Below, piece after piece: positions 63,598-64,000 of a DNA stretch of 64,000 nucleotides. The stretch's first letter is position 1, and each line of letters begins with the position of its first letter. The DNA lies in the NCBI GenBank assembly GCA_965153285.1, contig OZ229115.1; one strand, 5' to 3'. The notes under the pieces were generated by a model, which saw only the letters and a list, made by a program, of their open reading frames with translations, did not search any database and was not told the origin of the DNA. Position numbers and translations under genes: made by a program. Source of the stretch: Podarcis tiliguerta. Taxonomy: Eukaryota.

Positions 63598-64000
63598 ACA
63601 CTTGTGTGTCTCCAGGCATCAACTGAAGTTCAGCGTGCCTTTGACAGTTAATTAGCAGGCGTGCACAGTTTTGCTCCTATGTGGCTGTGTCAGTGTTGCA
63701 TGGTGGCATTTTTGAGTTTTCAAAGGGACATGGTGGGACCAAGGGACCATTGACAGATGGCCCTGTAGCATGTGGAGGTGACAGAGCCAATCATGTGGAA
63801 AAAGACAGCATTCTGTGTGACTGGTTTCTGCATTTGCCTAATGAGGTATAAGTGTGGTTGGGTGGCTGGGAAGCTTGCACAGTGTGTAATTGATGTGCAC
63901 ATGACTCTGGGCCGATTATTTCTCTGAGATGACTCTCTGAGTGGACCTATTAAACAAGAGCAGTACCTATGTTCTCATTAAGCGTGCCAGTTACTGGTGT

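Noticed and set aside
1-64000. Prokaryotic systems (CRISPR, operons) and a gene symbol for the host gene
   Set aside because: The sequence is vertebrate; no exon could be matched to a protein I recognise

Overview
Vertebrate nuclear DNA, almost certainly a squamate and probably a lacertid lizard (inferred from Sauria SINEs, CORE-type SINEs, CR1, L2, L1 and hAT/Tc1-mariner MITEs). No complete host protein-coding gene can be recognised. A ~3.3 kb CpG island (~27150-30450) looks like the promoter and first exon(s) of a minus-strand gene that I could not identify; the left ~27 kb would be its introns and 5' exons, and the right ~33 kb is repeat-rich upstream DNA with two assembly gaps. Three things stand out. 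(1) A very young Penelope-like retroelement (RT C-terminus + GIY-YIG) forms a 793-bp inverted repeat, and each arm ends in a hammerhead-ribozyme core whose loop contains the ORF stop codon. (2) Two independent 5'-truncated retrotransposon insertions (a Sauria SINE and a LINE 3' fragment) both carry an inverted copy of the adjacent target DNA inside the TSD, creating new genomic palindromes. (3) A solo LTR is inserted precisely at the B box of a tRNA-derived SINE. Repeat family names are recognised from memory, not from database searches.
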